A stretch of 64,000 nt of DNA from Candidatus Poribacteria bacterium (GTDB lineage: Bacteria > Poribacteria > WGA-4E > WGA-3G), in contig OZ219750.1 in NCBI GenBank assembly GCA_964291315.2, positions 384,001 to 448,000 on the forward strand, written 5' to 3'. The notes beneath the pieces were generated by a model that saw only the letters and a list, made by a program, of their open reading frames with translations, was not told the DNA's origin and ran no database searches. This document shows positions 49,147 through 59,274 of the stretch, piece by piece (position 1 is the stretch's first letter; each line of letters begins with the position of its first letter). The position numbers and the translations under genes were made by a program.

Positions 49147-50820
49147 TTATCGGGCAATCAACAACGTTACCCGATGCGATTTAGTCGCAGATGGATGGAA
49201 CATGAGAAGGTCCTGTTTCTCATCTTTGTTAAGGTCGGCCAGCCATATATTTCGTTCGTCAAAAGGCGTGGCGACTGCTACTTTTTGCGGTTTTTGGGTG
49301 AATAGTTTGGAATCTGGAATGCCCATAAAAACGTGTATTTTTTTCGGTTCATGTTGAATTAGCAGATCGAGGCGTTTGTCACCGTTCACATCGGCAATCA
49401 GCACAGCCGAAAAAGCGGTTCTTCCACCTGTTGCGCCAGATGGATATGATTTGAATCTGTGAGTTGTATTTGAGTTATGAGGGTAAGTGTTGTTTTCCAT
49501 GCGGTAGAACTCTATATCCAACGACACGGAACCTGTCAGAAGAGAACCGATGATCATACCGATGGCCTTGAGGATATGAGGCTTGATAGTGGCAAACATC
49601 ATATCGATTTTTACATCGCCGTTAAAATCGTGTTGCTCCATCCCGAATGGGATACCGTCTGAGTAGAGTGCGGTATTGGCATCTAGCGAGAACGTCGTGT
49701 CTCCATCGGATGTTGGTGCCCCGAAGTATACCTCATAGGTAGAATGCATGTGCCACAGATTCCCACCCTCCAGCGAAAAGACCCCGAGGTCGGTAACACC
49801 GTCCGCGTTCATATCCTTTATGGCGTGTAGCACCCTCCCTGTTAGAGCTCCGGCCGGTTGATGATCTCTACGTCGCCTGCGGACTCCATGAGGAGCAGCG
49901 AGTGCAGCGAGTTCATCGGACTCGAAAACCACATCGGTCGTGAAAGTTGTGGTGTCTGCGGAAAATAGCCCATGTTCGTTTTGGTGATGGACGACAAAGT
50001 GGTCTTCATTCCAAAAGACTAGGTCATTGCGCCCGTCTCGGTTGTAGTCTGTCTCATGAATACGACTCTGATTCCACGGATTGTAGCGGGATACATCGGT
50101 TTCATAGGTGCTATCTACCGTGGGTGGAGGGCCGAGTTTCACGGGTTTGGCAAATACACCGTCGGCCATCTGGATGAACACCCAAAATCCGTCGGAGTCG
50201 GGTACCACAAAGTCATCACGAGCATCGCCGTTCACATCGCGGGAGATATTTACATGAGGGATCTTGTCGTCGGGTGGTAAAGTCAGGGAAGGAACGCTTA
50301 CCAGCATGTGTGCTGTCTCCGCTTTGAGGTCAAGCCAGTTCAGGCGACTATGCTGGTATGTGATTAAGCGGTCGCGTCCAGCGATATTTGCGACATCGAC
50401 AAAGAGTACTTCGGTAGGCAATATTGTGTCTAGCCTCAGCCTCCAAGCGTTGTTATCGAATCCATAGATATGTAGCTGGCGGTTGTTGTTTTCGTCAATG
50501 CTCGCTACGGCGAGTTCAGCGCGATCGCCGCCAAGTAGAAATCCCGTTAAAACGGTTTGGTGTTTTCTTGTACCAATAGCGACTTCGTGCTGCTCGAAAG
50601 TGAATTCGTCACTTGTAGATACCAGCGGCTCAACCTTTTCGCCGATCAGACCTGAACACCCCGTTAGAAACAAACTGAAAACCCATATAGAGAACAGCTT
50701 CCATTCGAAGTGCTTCGTGGACTCGGTTACCAAGTTCGGTTTTGCCCAAAGGAACCTTTTATGCAATAGGTTTCGCCTTTTCACTTTTCTTTTCCTTTCG
50801 TTTTTTTTGGATATTAACAT
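49147..50820 (-). CDS. FG-GAP/VCBS repeat (beta-propeller) lipoprotein
   Basis: Repeated DxNxDGxxD motifs (DVNGDARDD, DYNRDGRND, DMNADGVTD, DFNGDVKID, DVNGDKRLD) and an LTGC lipobox. True start probably downstream of 50820. Confidence 0.85.
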   Translation of the reverse strand: MLISKKNERKRKVKRRNLLHKRFLWAKPNLVTESTKHFEWKLFSIWVFSLFLTGCSGLIGEKVEPLVSTSDEFTFEQHEVAIGTRKHQTVLTGFLLGGDRAELAVASIDENNNRQLHIYGFDNNAWRLRLDTILPTEVLFVDVANIAGRDRLITYQHSRLNWLDLKAETAHMLVSVPSLTLPPDDKIPHVNISRDVNGDARDDFVVPDSDGFWVFIQMADGVFAKPVKLGPPPTVDSTYETDVSRYNPWNQSRIHETDYNRDGRNDLVFWNEDHFVVHHQNEHGLFSADTTTFTTDVVFESDELAALAAPHGVRRRRRDHQPAGALTGRVLHAIKDMNADGVTDLGVFSLEGGNLWHMHSTYEVYFGAPTSDGDTTFSLDANTALYSDGIPFGMEQHDFNGDVKIDMMFATIKPHILKAIGMIIGSLLTGSVSLDIEFYRMENNTYPHNSNTTHRFKSYPSGATGGRTAFSAVLIADVNGDKRLDLLIQHEPKKIHVFMGIPDSKLFTQKPQKVAVATPFDERNIWLADLNKDEKQDLLMFHPSATKSHRVTLLIAR

Positions 50821-51387
50821 AAATGAATTAATGATGTTAACTTAAAGGTAAAAATATGCGCGACCTGCTCTTGCTGAAAGTAAGCACTAGACACACGGAT
50901 TATCTTTGAAATTTTGCATTAGGATGAGCGTTTCTTTTCTTCCTTTTTTCAACGTTTCCTATTTTTCACGATCCCTGCCCTCAGAAAAGGTACAAGAATC
51001 TTATTAGTATCCCGTGCTTAAATTGACTCTGTACTCAATTCTAAATAGGACACTATCTGCAGAGGTTTAGAACCTTTTCTGAATGGCTCAGGTCAGTTCT
51101 CTTTCAATTTTGATTGGTACGAGTCTCTCTCTTTAAAATAGTTCTAGCAATTATCGAGTCGAACACCGTAGCTGGATTTTCCATAGTAGTTTTTAGAATC
51201 ACACAGTGTCTTACTGCAGCTATCTTAACTACTTATGCCTTTTAAGCAGAGTCGGTGTCTTTCTATATGGATATCATTGACAAATAGATCGCGTACTACC
51301 TGAACGGTTTGCTGTCGCTGTTCTTTTATTTTCATTGCCTTAGCCTCCATTTACATAGAAAACTAACTTAACAATGTTAATATTATA

Positions 51388-51651
51388 TTATCTGTTTTTG
51401 TTTTTGTCAAGTTTATTTTCAAAGGCGGGCGAAATCATGCCTTCTGAGAAATCAAATGTCTCAACTGTATCAGCGATTTGTGAAAGGAAGCGCTTATTCT
51501 TCCCGGGGCCACAGCTAACTTCAAGGATGGTTGGACAATATAGATGAGGGAGGTTTTTCTCGGTGACAATCTGATCAAGGTTCTGTGTGCGGTTCCCATC
51601 TATGTCGTAAGTCGTTGATCGACTGTCGTATACCTTTTGGAGGTTATTCAT
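51388..51651 (-). pseudogene. Truncated class I SAM methyltransferase remnant
   Basis: YDSRSTTYD...ILEVSCGPGKN...FDFSEGMI, then an early stop in an AT-rich degraded region. Confidence 0.55.
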
Positions 51652-51688
51652 AATGGAAACTTGTTAGATGGGCATCATCAGATTTTGT

Positions 51689-51717
51689 TTGTCTTTATCA
51701 GAAAAATTAAGTATAAT
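51689..51717 (+). promoter_or_regulatory. Promoter of radC, TTGTCT-17-TATAAT
   Basis: Hexamers with 17-bp spacing, ending about 35 nt before ATG 51752. Confidence 0.6.
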
Positions 51718-51751
51718 ATCAGAGAATTTTTTTCTAATAGAACGGAGAACA

Positions 51752-52498
51752 ATGTACAACCTAAACTTTGTTCGGATCAAGGATCTACCTAAAGATGAGC
51801 GTCCACGTGAACGGCTTCGCAAATATGGTCCGGAAAGTCTGAGAGACTCTGATCTTTTGGCTATTATCCTCAGAGATGGCTTTAAAGGAGCAACGGCCGT
51901 TCATCTCGGTGAGCAGATCCTCACGGCATTTGAAGGCGATTTGAAGCGGATGGCGGACAACAACTCTAAGCAATTTGAGAAAATTAAAGGGGTCGGCGAG
52001 GCAAAGGCTGCACAGATTGTCGCTGCTTTTGAACTCGGAAAAAGATTGGCACGCTTTCACGGTGACCGCGACAAGATTACTTCTCCAAGTGATGTTGCAG
52101 ACTTAATGATGTCTAAAATGCGGTACCTACAGAAAGAGATTGTTTGTGTTCTGTGCCTGGATACAAAAGGGGGTGTAACAACCAAGGGGATCGCGGGCGA
52201 CCTTGGTCCTGATCCAACGTGGGGAAAAAAGTTGTCGGAAGGAACAGTTTTTGAGGGCACCCTGAACGCTAGTGTTTTTCATCCTCGCGAAATTTTTCGA
52301 TTTGCAATTGAGGAAGCCGCGAATTCCATTGTACTGGTCCACAATCATCCATCAGGTGATCCACAACCTAGCCAAGAAGACATTCGAGCCACAAAACAAT
52401 TGATAGAGGCGGGAAACCACATCGGAATTAAAGTGTTGGATCATGTCATTATCGGAGACGGAATTTTTGTCAGTCTGAAGGAGGAAGGCTTCATTTGA
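51752..52498 (+). CDS. radC: RadC/JAB-domain protein
   Basis: ERPRERL, GVGEAKA, HPREIF, HNHPSGDPQPSQED and LDHVIIG motifs. Confidence 0.94.
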   Translation: MYNLNFVRIKDLPKDERPRERLRKYGPESLRDSDLLAIILRDGFKGATAVHLGEQILTAFEGDLKRMADNNSKQFEKIKGVGEAKAAQIVAAFELGKRLARFHGDRDKITSPSDVADLMMSKMRYLQKEIVCVLCLDTKGGVTTKGIAGDLGPDPTWGKKLSEGTVFEGTLNASVFHPREIFRFAIEEAANSIVLVHNHPSGDPQPSQEDIRATKQLIEAGNHIGIKVLDHVIIGDGIFVSLKEEGFI

Positions 52499-52515
52499 AC
52501 GGTTCAAACTTATGT

Positions 52516-53250
52516 TCAAGAACGTTGCCGAAGCACTTCGTATAAAAGAACACCGGCTGCAACGGAGACGTTCAGAGATTCAATTTGTCCAAACATTGGC
52601 AAACTCACGAGATAGTCACATTTTTGTTCTACGAGTCGCCGAATACCTTTACCTTCACTTCCGAGAACGATGCACAAAGGGACACTGAAATTCGCATCTG
52701 TATATGAGCAGGTTGCGGCTTCATCAGAGCCTACAACCCATATGCCAGCTTTTTTGATTCGATCTATAGTTTGTCCAATATTCTGCACTTTAATGATAGG
52801 CACGTGTTCAGACGCGCCTGCTGATGCTTTGTGCACAGCAGGCGTAATGCCGACAGCATTATTCTTTGGAATGATGACACCGTCGGCGTTAGCAGCATCA
52901 GCCGTCCGGAGAATCGCGCCAAGGTTCCTCGGATCTTGGACCCCATCCAATATTATCAACAATGCCTCTCTCTTTTCACTTTGTAGCTTCGCGAGTATTG
53001 ATGGTAGGTTGCTATAGCGGTTCAGATTGATGAGGGCAATAACATCTTGGTGCGGGACAGATGATTCCATTCTATCTAATTCGCGTCTTGAGCAGCGTCT
53101 TACTGGCACCCCGGCCTGTTGTGCTCTTGTGATGATATAGCGAATGCGAGAGTGGTTATTCCCCTCAGCAATCCAAATTTTTTCGATACAACGCGCATGA
53201 TGTTGTAGGTATTCAATAACTGGGCTTCTGCCAACAACGTATTCAGACAT
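52516..53250 (-). CDS. rlmB: 23S rRNA (guanosine-2'-O)-methyltransferase, TrmH/SpoU family
   Basis: LDGVQDPRNLGAILRTA, GSEGKG and ESLNVSVA motifs. Confidence 0.92.
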   Translation of the reverse strand: MSEYVVGRSPVIEYLQHHARCIEKIWIAEGNNHSRIRYIITRAQQAGVPVRRCSRRELDRMESSVPHQDVIALINLNRYSNLPSILAKLQSEKREALLIILDGVQDPRNLGAILRTADAANADGVIIPKNNAVGITPAVHKASAGASEHVPIIKVQNIGQTIDRIKKAGIWVVGSDEAATCSYTDANFSVPLCIVLGSEGKGIRRLVEQKCDYLVSLPMFGQIESLNVSVAAGVLLYEVLRQRS

Positions 53251-53289
53251 CTTGAAGTGTGGATAGATAGACCTATCTGTTCCTCTGAA

Positions 53290-53544
53290 TTAGTTTCCAC
53301 GGACAAACTTAATGTCTGGGCCGCGGGGTGTGATCTTGATATCCGGGTCTGCCTCCTGACACTGTACACAAGTAATGACACTGACGTTTGCGTTTTCCAT
53401 GCGCGGGGCGAGTTTTTCCAACTTAAACGCAAACTCCAGAACCTCATCTGCGGGGATTTTCCTGTTGCATGAAATGCATGGAATAGCTTCTCCTGATTTA
53501 ACGCTCTTTAAAAGTTCTAATGCTTTCATAATTTCCCCTTTCAT
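53290..53544 (-). CDS. Small CxxC...CxxC (zinc-ribbon-like) protein
   Basis: CISC and CVQC pairs; GGGG RBS-like sequence before the second Met. Confidence 0.65.
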   Translation of the reverse strand: MKGEIMKALELLKSVKSGEAIPCISCNRKIPADEVLEFAFKLEKLAPRMENANVSVITCVQCQEADPDIKITPRGPDIKFVRGN

Positions 53545-53562
53545 TGAAAGTTATCCTGACTT

Positions 53563-55428
53563 CTATAAAAAATAACGTTCTTTCCGTTTATCAGATTTGT
53601 ATTCTTCGTATGCCTTCTGTGCGCTATCTACTTCGGAAACTTCTGCGACAGGAACATCCCACCAAGATTCGTAGCGTGGGACTTGCTCGTAATAGTCTAC
53701 ATCGATTTTCACAACGGTTGTTTCCTTTGCCTCGCGCGCCTCATACAGGGCGGTTTTTAGGCTTTGTAGGTTTGTCGTTTCAATTACCTTTGCACCGAGA
53801 CTTGCAGCATTAGCTGCAAGATCTACTGGTAAAAAGTCACCTGCAAGTTGGCCGGTTTCTTCGTCGCGGTAACGGAAACGGGTGGCAAAGCCTTGGGCAC
53901 CTGTTGCCCGGGAGAGTGCCCCGATGCTGCTGTGTCCTTCGTTATTCACGAGAATAATGATTAATTTATATCCTTCTTGAATTGATGTGATGATTTCCTG
54001 GGCCAACATTAGGTATGAACCATCACCTACCATGACATAGACATCGCGGCTCGGATCTGCCATCTTGATGCCTAACCCACCGGCGATTTCATACCCCATA
54101 CACGAATAGCCGTATTCCAAGTGGTACTGTTTTGGATTACGGGTCCTCCACAATTTGTGTAAGTCCCCGGGTAGGCTCCCTGCCGCACAAACCATAACAT
54201 CTTCAGGACGTGAGAACTCATTAACCACACCAATCACTTCGCTTTGGCTCGGCAAGGGGCCGTGTCCAAGGTGATAAAGTCTATCAACTTCCATTTCCCA
54301 TTCCTCGCGATGCTTCCTAATTTGTGCCGCGTAGGTTGCGTCGACGTGATAATTTCCCACGGCTGTCGTAAGTTCATCAAGCGTGACACGAGCATCCGCG
54401 ACAAGAGGTAAAGCAGCGTGTTTATAGGCATCGAATTCGGCGACATTGATATTGATAAAGCGGACATCTGGGTTTTGGAAAGCGGTTTTAGAAGCAGTTG
54501 TGAAATCACTCAGGCGGGTGCCAATCGCGATCACAAGGTCGGTTTCCCGCGCGGTGATGTTTGCCCCCGGTGTTCCAGTTGCGCCTATTGCTCCGAGGTT
54601 CTGTAGGTGATTATATGACAGAGCACCTTTTCCGGCAAAGGTCTCACCGACAGGGATACCGGTCTGCTCTACAAATTGGGCGAGTAGTTCCGTGGCCTCA
54701 CTATAGATAACACCGCCCCCGGCGATGATCAACGGCCGTTTGCTCTCACGAATCCATGCCGCTGCCCGATTGAAGAGCCTCTCGTCCGCACGAGGCCGAG
54801 ATATAGTGTAAATACGCTTCTCAAAAAGTTGTGAAGGATAATCGTATGCCTCAGCCTGAACGTCTTGAGGGAGGGCTAAAGTTACAGCCCCTGTATCTGT
54901 TTGTGATGTCAGGACACGCATCACCTCCGGTAAGGCTGTGATGATTTGTTCTGGACGATTAATCCGGTCCCAATAGCGTGAGATAGGCTTGAAGCAATCG
55001 TTTACTGAATAATCTTGTGAACTCGATGACTCTAGCTGCTGTAAAACGGGGGCGACTAAACGGGTAGAAAAGATGTCGCCCGGTAACAAGAGGACAGGTA
55101 ACCGGTTAATTGTTGCCCCCGCTGCGCCGGTAAGCATGTTCGTCGCGCCAGGTCCAATAGAAGTTGTGCAGGCAAAGGTCCGAAGACGGTTATTCATTTT
55201 GGCAAACGCAGCAGCCGTATGTACCATTGATTGCTCATTTCGTGCCTGAAAGAACCGAAAAGAATCAGAATATTGTTGCAAAGCCTGTCCAATACCAGCG
55301 ACGTTTCCGTGACCAAAGATGCCGAACATACCGGCGAAAAACTGTGTTTCGTTTCCATCTCGTTCAACGTATTGTTGCTGGAGAAATTGAATGATGGTTT
55401 GTCCCATCGTAAGTTTTCGTGTTTTCAT
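53563..55428 (-). CDS. iolD: 3D-(3,5/4)-trihydroxycyclohexane-1,2-dione acylhydrolase (ThDP-dependent)
   Basis: GIFGHGNVAGIGQAL, YHLEYGYSCMGYEIAG, VGDGSYLM and WWDVPVAEVS motifs. Confidence 0.96.
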   Translation of the reverse strand: MKTRKLTMGQTIIQFLQQQYVERDGNETQFFAGMFGIFGHGNVAGIGQALQQYSDSFRFFQARNEQSMVHTAAAFAKMNNRLRTFACTTSIGPGATNMLTGAAGATINRLPVLLLPGDIFSTRLVAPVLQQLESSSSQDYSVNDCFKPISRYWDRINRPEQIITALPEVMRVLTSQTDTGAVTLALPQDVQAEAYDYPSQLFEKRIYTISRPRADERLFNRAAAWIRESKRPLIIAGGGVIYSEATELLAQFVEQTGIPVGETFAGKGALSYNHLQNLGAIGATGTPGANITARETDLVIAIGTRLSDFTTASKTAFQNPDVRFININVAEFDAYKHAALPLVADARVTLDELTTAVGNYHVDATYAAQIRKHREEWEMEVDRLYHLGHGPLPSQSEVIGVVNEFSRPEDVMVCAAGSLPGDLHKLWRTRNPKQYHLEYGYSCMGYEIAGGLGIKMADPSRDVYVMVGDGSYLMLAQEIITSIQEGYKLIIILVNNEGHSSIGALSRATGAQGFATRFRYRDEETGQLAGDFLPVDLAANAASLGAKVIETTNLQSLKTALYEAREAKETTVVKIDVDYYEQVPRYESWWDVPVAEVSEVDSAQKAYEEYKSDKRKERYFL

Positions 55429-55543
55429 GAATGTTGCTATGCGTTTTCCGTGAGGGAAACGACTTCTCCTTTTAATAAAGCAATATAGTGTGTAGAAACT
55501 GAGGCGCGGAAACGTAGTTGCATGATTTTGAAAACCACATTGA

Positions 55544-56551
55544 TCACCATCCGCCATGCTCCGCGACAAACTCATTAACCTCCGGCATCGTTGGCATAAA
55601 GTTAGCACAACCATGCCGCGTTACAACAATTGCACCAGTCGCGTTGCCAAGACGTGCGGCTTTTTCCCATCCCCAATTGCTGAGGTTACCATAAATAAAA
55701 CCGCTGGCGAAGGCATCTCCGGCACCGAGAGTGTTGTAAATTTCGACTGGAAATGGGGCTGCGTAAACGACCTCACCGCTTGTCAGGTGGACATCTGCTC
55801 CTTTAATACCGCGCTTCACAATCAGAGCATCTGGACCTGCCCCTAAGAGTGTCTCAATAGCTACCGCCATATTCCCTTCAATTGTGGGGTTCGAGATTTG
55901 CGAGTGTTCAATTGTAAGTTGTGAAAGATTTGTAAGTGTAGCCGCTTTGATTTCTTCCTCTGTACCAATTGCGATGTCAATATAACGGAGAGCTGACCGA
56001 ACAATAACTCCAAACGCTCTTGGGTCATGCCACTGATCTGCTCGGAAATCGAGGTCCAAAAAGACACGGCTGCCGATTCCGTGTGCTAGTTCTGCCGCAT
56101 AGAGCGTTGCGCTGCGGCTCGGCTCCTTGCTCAAACCTGTTCCGGATATTAACACAGCTCGACTCTCAGCAATTGGTGCGGCGAGGACATCATCTATTGT
56201 GAGTTCAATATCGGCGCAGTTATCACGGTAATAGATTAGTGGGAATCGGTCTGGCGGTTCAATACCTAGAACAACAGCGCTCGTTCTATACCCAGGTTTG
56301 CACGGAATAAATTGCGTTTCAACGCCTTCATCCTTCAAAAACTTGAGTAGAAACTCTCCAACTGGATCCTCGCCGACAGCCGTAAGTAGTGCTGCTTGAA
56401 GTCCAAGCCTTTGTACACCAACTCCGATGTTGGTAGGACACCCGCCAACGAAAGCCCCAAAGCTCTTAATGTCTGTGAACGTGGCTCCGATGTCATTCGC
56501 GTAGAGATCTATAGAGCTCCGTCCGATTGTCAGAATGTCATAGATTTCCAT
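55544..56551 (-). CDS. iolC: 5-dehydro-2-deoxygluconokinase (PfkB family)
   Basis: TIGRSSIDLY, VGGCPTNI, PPDRFPLIYYR and GAGDAF motifs; adjacent to iolD. Confidence 0.93.
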   Translation of the reverse strand: MEIYDILTIGRSSIDLYANDIGATFTDIKSFGAFVGGCPTNIGVGVQRLGLQAALLTAVGEDPVGEFLLKFLKDEGVETQFIPCKPGYRTSAVVLGIEPPDRFPLIYYRDNCADIELTIDDVLAAPIAESRAVLISGTGLSKEPSRSATLYAAELAHGIGSRVFLDLDFRADQWHDPRAFGVIVRSALRYIDIAIGTEEEIKAATLTNLSQLTIEHSQISNPTIEGNMAVAIETLLGAGPDALIVKRGIKGADVHLTSGEVVYAAPFPVEIYNTLGAGDAFASGFIYGNLSNWGWEKAARLGNATGAIVVTRHGCANFMPTMPEVNEFVAEHGGW

Positions 56552-56575
56552 CTTTTCGCAGCAAGGTTTGCGTTC

Positions 56576-57224
56576 AAGAACGTCTTGCTTCCGTAAATTT
56601 TTGACTTTCCTCAGCCAATTTACATGTTAATAGAAACGCGTCATTGCCACAGGCGATCAATTGAACACCCAGTCTCAACCATTATTCGCCGCTTTCAAAA
56701 TCGTTGATATAACACCCTAACGGAACATTGTATTTTTGTGTAACCTGATGCTCTTTTTATTTCATCTAAAAGTAGAGGGTGAGTGAGTTAACCGGAAATC
56801 CCCATAGAGGTGGATAAATCATACGGCATTTGATCGCTGTACGTACGCTTGTGTGTTGAGTTTCGTGAAATCTCGATAGTCAGTCCGATACCAAACGCGA
56901 TACTGTATTTTGTCCATTTTCGGATTTTTTCGAGAACTTTACTCGATTCTCCCATGGGATCATGACACCTATTGCTCCTCCTTCAAGGATTCGAGAGACA
57001 AAATGGTGTTCGAGAACAGGGACACGAACAATACAAGGCAAATTTTCACCTCGCGCGTCCGGGATGATCTCTTCAACGGTTTCTATAGCAAAAGAGCTAT
57101 GTTCCAAATCAGTGATGATAAATTCTGCCCCCGCATGTGCTAAAAGTGTTGCTATTGCGGATCTTCCGAATTCAAGGACAAAGGTCCCGATAAGAATGTT
57201 TCCGCGCTTCAAAGATGCCTTCAC
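56576..57224 (-). pseudogene. HpcH/HpaI aldolase remnant
   Basis: DLEHS..CIVRVP..RILEGGAIGVMIP in the ORF. Downstream fragments PYDLSTSMGISG* and WLRLGVQLIACGNDAFLL are broken by stops and frameshifts. Confidence 0.75.
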
Positions 57225-57237
57225 TTTAACTGCACCT

Positions 57238-59199
57238 CTAGCTTTGAACAGGTATTTCTGAGATTAGTTGTTGGGCTTCACTTACCATTTTCGTGGGTGT
57301 TGACATTTTTTCTCCGATCGCCAAAATCAACATGTAATAGTCGTAGGCGGTTTGTAAATCACAATTGAGGTGTGCACTTTCAGCTGCGTTAAAGTAGCAT
57401 ACAGTTGCCATTCTGTGACATTCTTCAACGAGATCTGGAAAATTTGCATAGCTATAGTTGTAGGCGGCAAGAATATAAGATTTTCCGGCTTCTTCCCATG
57501 AGCGCTGAAGTTCGAATCGGCGTCCAAGGCGAATGTAGTAAACCCCACCATTTTTCGCGTTCCGTCTGGCAAGTCGATACTTTCCTGCGACGGTGTAAGC
57601 GAATCTGGCGCGGGTATAACAGTTAGCAACAAGCTCTATGTTGTCTTGTTTGACAAAATGGCGGGCCTGTTTTTGGTAGAATTTCCCGAGTTTATTATAG
57701 AGATCTAGGGATTGCCGCGTTCGGCCCTGTTGCTGGTAAATCCGGATCTTTTGAAAGATATGAACTGCCTCTTCTTCATGTGGGTATAGGATATCGATAT
57801 GGATCTCGTCGAGTAAAAATTCTGGTGACGCTTCCTCAATTAACACGCGGTAGCTGCCTGCTGCCTTAATTTGAGGTTGGATAGGAACTATATCGGTTTC
57901 CAGTTTTTCATTGGTAAGTTCTTGATGGTCTAGCCGCGTTCTAAGGACTGCATTTTCGTTATCTGGTAATTTCTGAATGAGAGCAATGATTTCCTCAACA
58001 GTAGGGTTTGATGCTAGCGATGGTGAGGCAATATTCAGCTTCTGAAACAAGTTATCAACCGCTTTGGTCAAACTTTGTTCATCCATGCAAAGGCGAGTCG
58101 CTTTGTGAACTTCTTCAAGGGCACTTGGGTAGTCTTGGCCTTCAATGTACCCGGTGGCGAGGTTATAATGATTGTGAATTTGGGTAATCAACTTCTTGCG
58201 TTTATTATTTTCTTCTTTCTGTCGTCGTTGGAAGAAAAGGTTTTGATTTATTCGTTCTGTGACTTCAAGGGGTAGGCGGAATGTTTTCCGATAGCGTTCT
58301 AGTGCTTCTGCTAATCTTGGATTATTGGAATTGACGCTTGCATCAATGAGCTTCAAAGCTTGTCTGATGTACTCGGCTTGGTGGATACGATCTAACTCTT
58401 CATGCATCTCGGTCGCGTTCTGATGGCGCTCGGAAACCTGTCGATGGAGTGCTTTTTGTAAGAATTTGCGGAGCACCTCTGGACACCTATCTATTTCCTC
58501 TATTGCTCCGGCAGCTTTCTTCTTATCAATTTCCGTATTTTCACCTGAGAATGGAAAGCGTCCCGTTGCGGCTTGATAGAGGATGAGTGCTGTGGAATAG
58601 AGGTCGGCGCGATAGTCGTAAGATCCATAATGTTGTTCAGGTGCCATATAGCGGTGTGTGCCTGCCATAGTTTCAGCAAATTCGGTCGTTTCTCCAAAAA
58701 TGCGGGCAATACTGAAATCGGCAACTTTTGCTTGTTTATCGTCGGTGAGTAATATGTTTTGGGGCTTGATGTCGCGATGCATAATCTTGTGTGCATGTGC
58801 TTCTCTTAATCCGCAGCAGATGTCTAAGCCAATATTAATTGTGTCTGTTAGCGTCAGGGGGCCTTCCTTCATAAGTTCATAAAGACTTTTTCCTTCAACA
58901 TATTCCATCACGATCCACGCGACATAGTCATCCCTTCCCGGTTCGACTGTATGGATCGAGACAATATTCGGATGTCCCCAAATCTTTGACATCGCTTGAA
59001 ATTCATTCAGAAGGAACTTCATCCTGCTTGGTGGATAGGCTACTTTTGTTAAGGCTTTAATTGCAACAATTCTGTTTGTCAATTCTTCGCGCGCGCGGAA
59101 AACCGATGAGAATCCTCCTGAATTCAGAAACTCTAGCAACCTATATTTACCTAAGATTAATTGGTCGATTTGCATAACAGCGTTTAGAGAAGTAGACAA
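57238..59199 (-). CDS. Hanks-type Ser/Thr protein kinase with C-terminal TPR/SNAP-like helical region
   Basis: SGGFSSV, VAIK, HRDIKPQN, DFS, GTHRYMAPE and DLYS motifs; helical-repeat C-terminus; no TM segment. Confidence 0.9.
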   Translation of the reverse strand: MSTSLNAVMQIDQLILGKYRLLEFLNSGGFSSVFRAREELTNRIVAIKALTKVAYPPSRMKFLLNEFQAMSKIWGHPNIVSIHTVEPGRDDYVAWIVMEYVEGKSLYELMKEGPLTLTDTINIGLDICCGLREAHAHKIMHRDIKPQNILLTDDKQAKVADFSIARIFGETTEFAETMAGTHRYMAPEQHYGSYDYRADLYSTALILYQAATGRFPFSGENTEIDKKKAAGAIEEIDRCPEVLRKFLQKALHRQVSERHQNATEMHEELDRIHQAEYIRQALKLIDASVNSNNPRLAEALERYRKTFRLPLEVTERINQNLFFQRRQKEENNKRKKLITQIHNHYNLATGYIEGQDYPSALEEVHKATRLCMDEQSLTKAVDNLFQKLNIASPSLASNPTVEEIIALIQKLPDNENAVLRTRLDHQELTNEKLETDIVPIQPQIKAAGSYRVLIEEASPEFLLDEIHIDILYPHEEEAVHIFQKIRIYQQQGRTRQSLDLYNKLGKFYQKQARHFVKQDNIELVANCYTRARFAYTVAGKYRLARRNAKNGGVYYIRLGRRFELQRSWEEAGKSYILAAYNYSYANFPDLVEECHRMATVCYFNAAESAHLNCDLQTAYDYYMLILAIGEKMSTPTKMVSEAQQLISEIPVQS

Positions 59200-59274
59200 G
59201 AACAGCTTCTAATGATGAAATTAACAAAAGTAACATTAAGCTTGAAGAAAAAGCAATTTTGGATAAACTTCAAG

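Noticed and set aside
55429-55614. 62-aa N-terminal extension of IolD overlapping iolC
   Set aside because: IolD homology starts at MKTRKLTM; the extension is an ORF-caller artefact.
56576-56880. Stop-codon recoding in the HpcH gene
   Set aside because: The lesions include TAA stops and frameshifts, which fits decay rather than readthrough.
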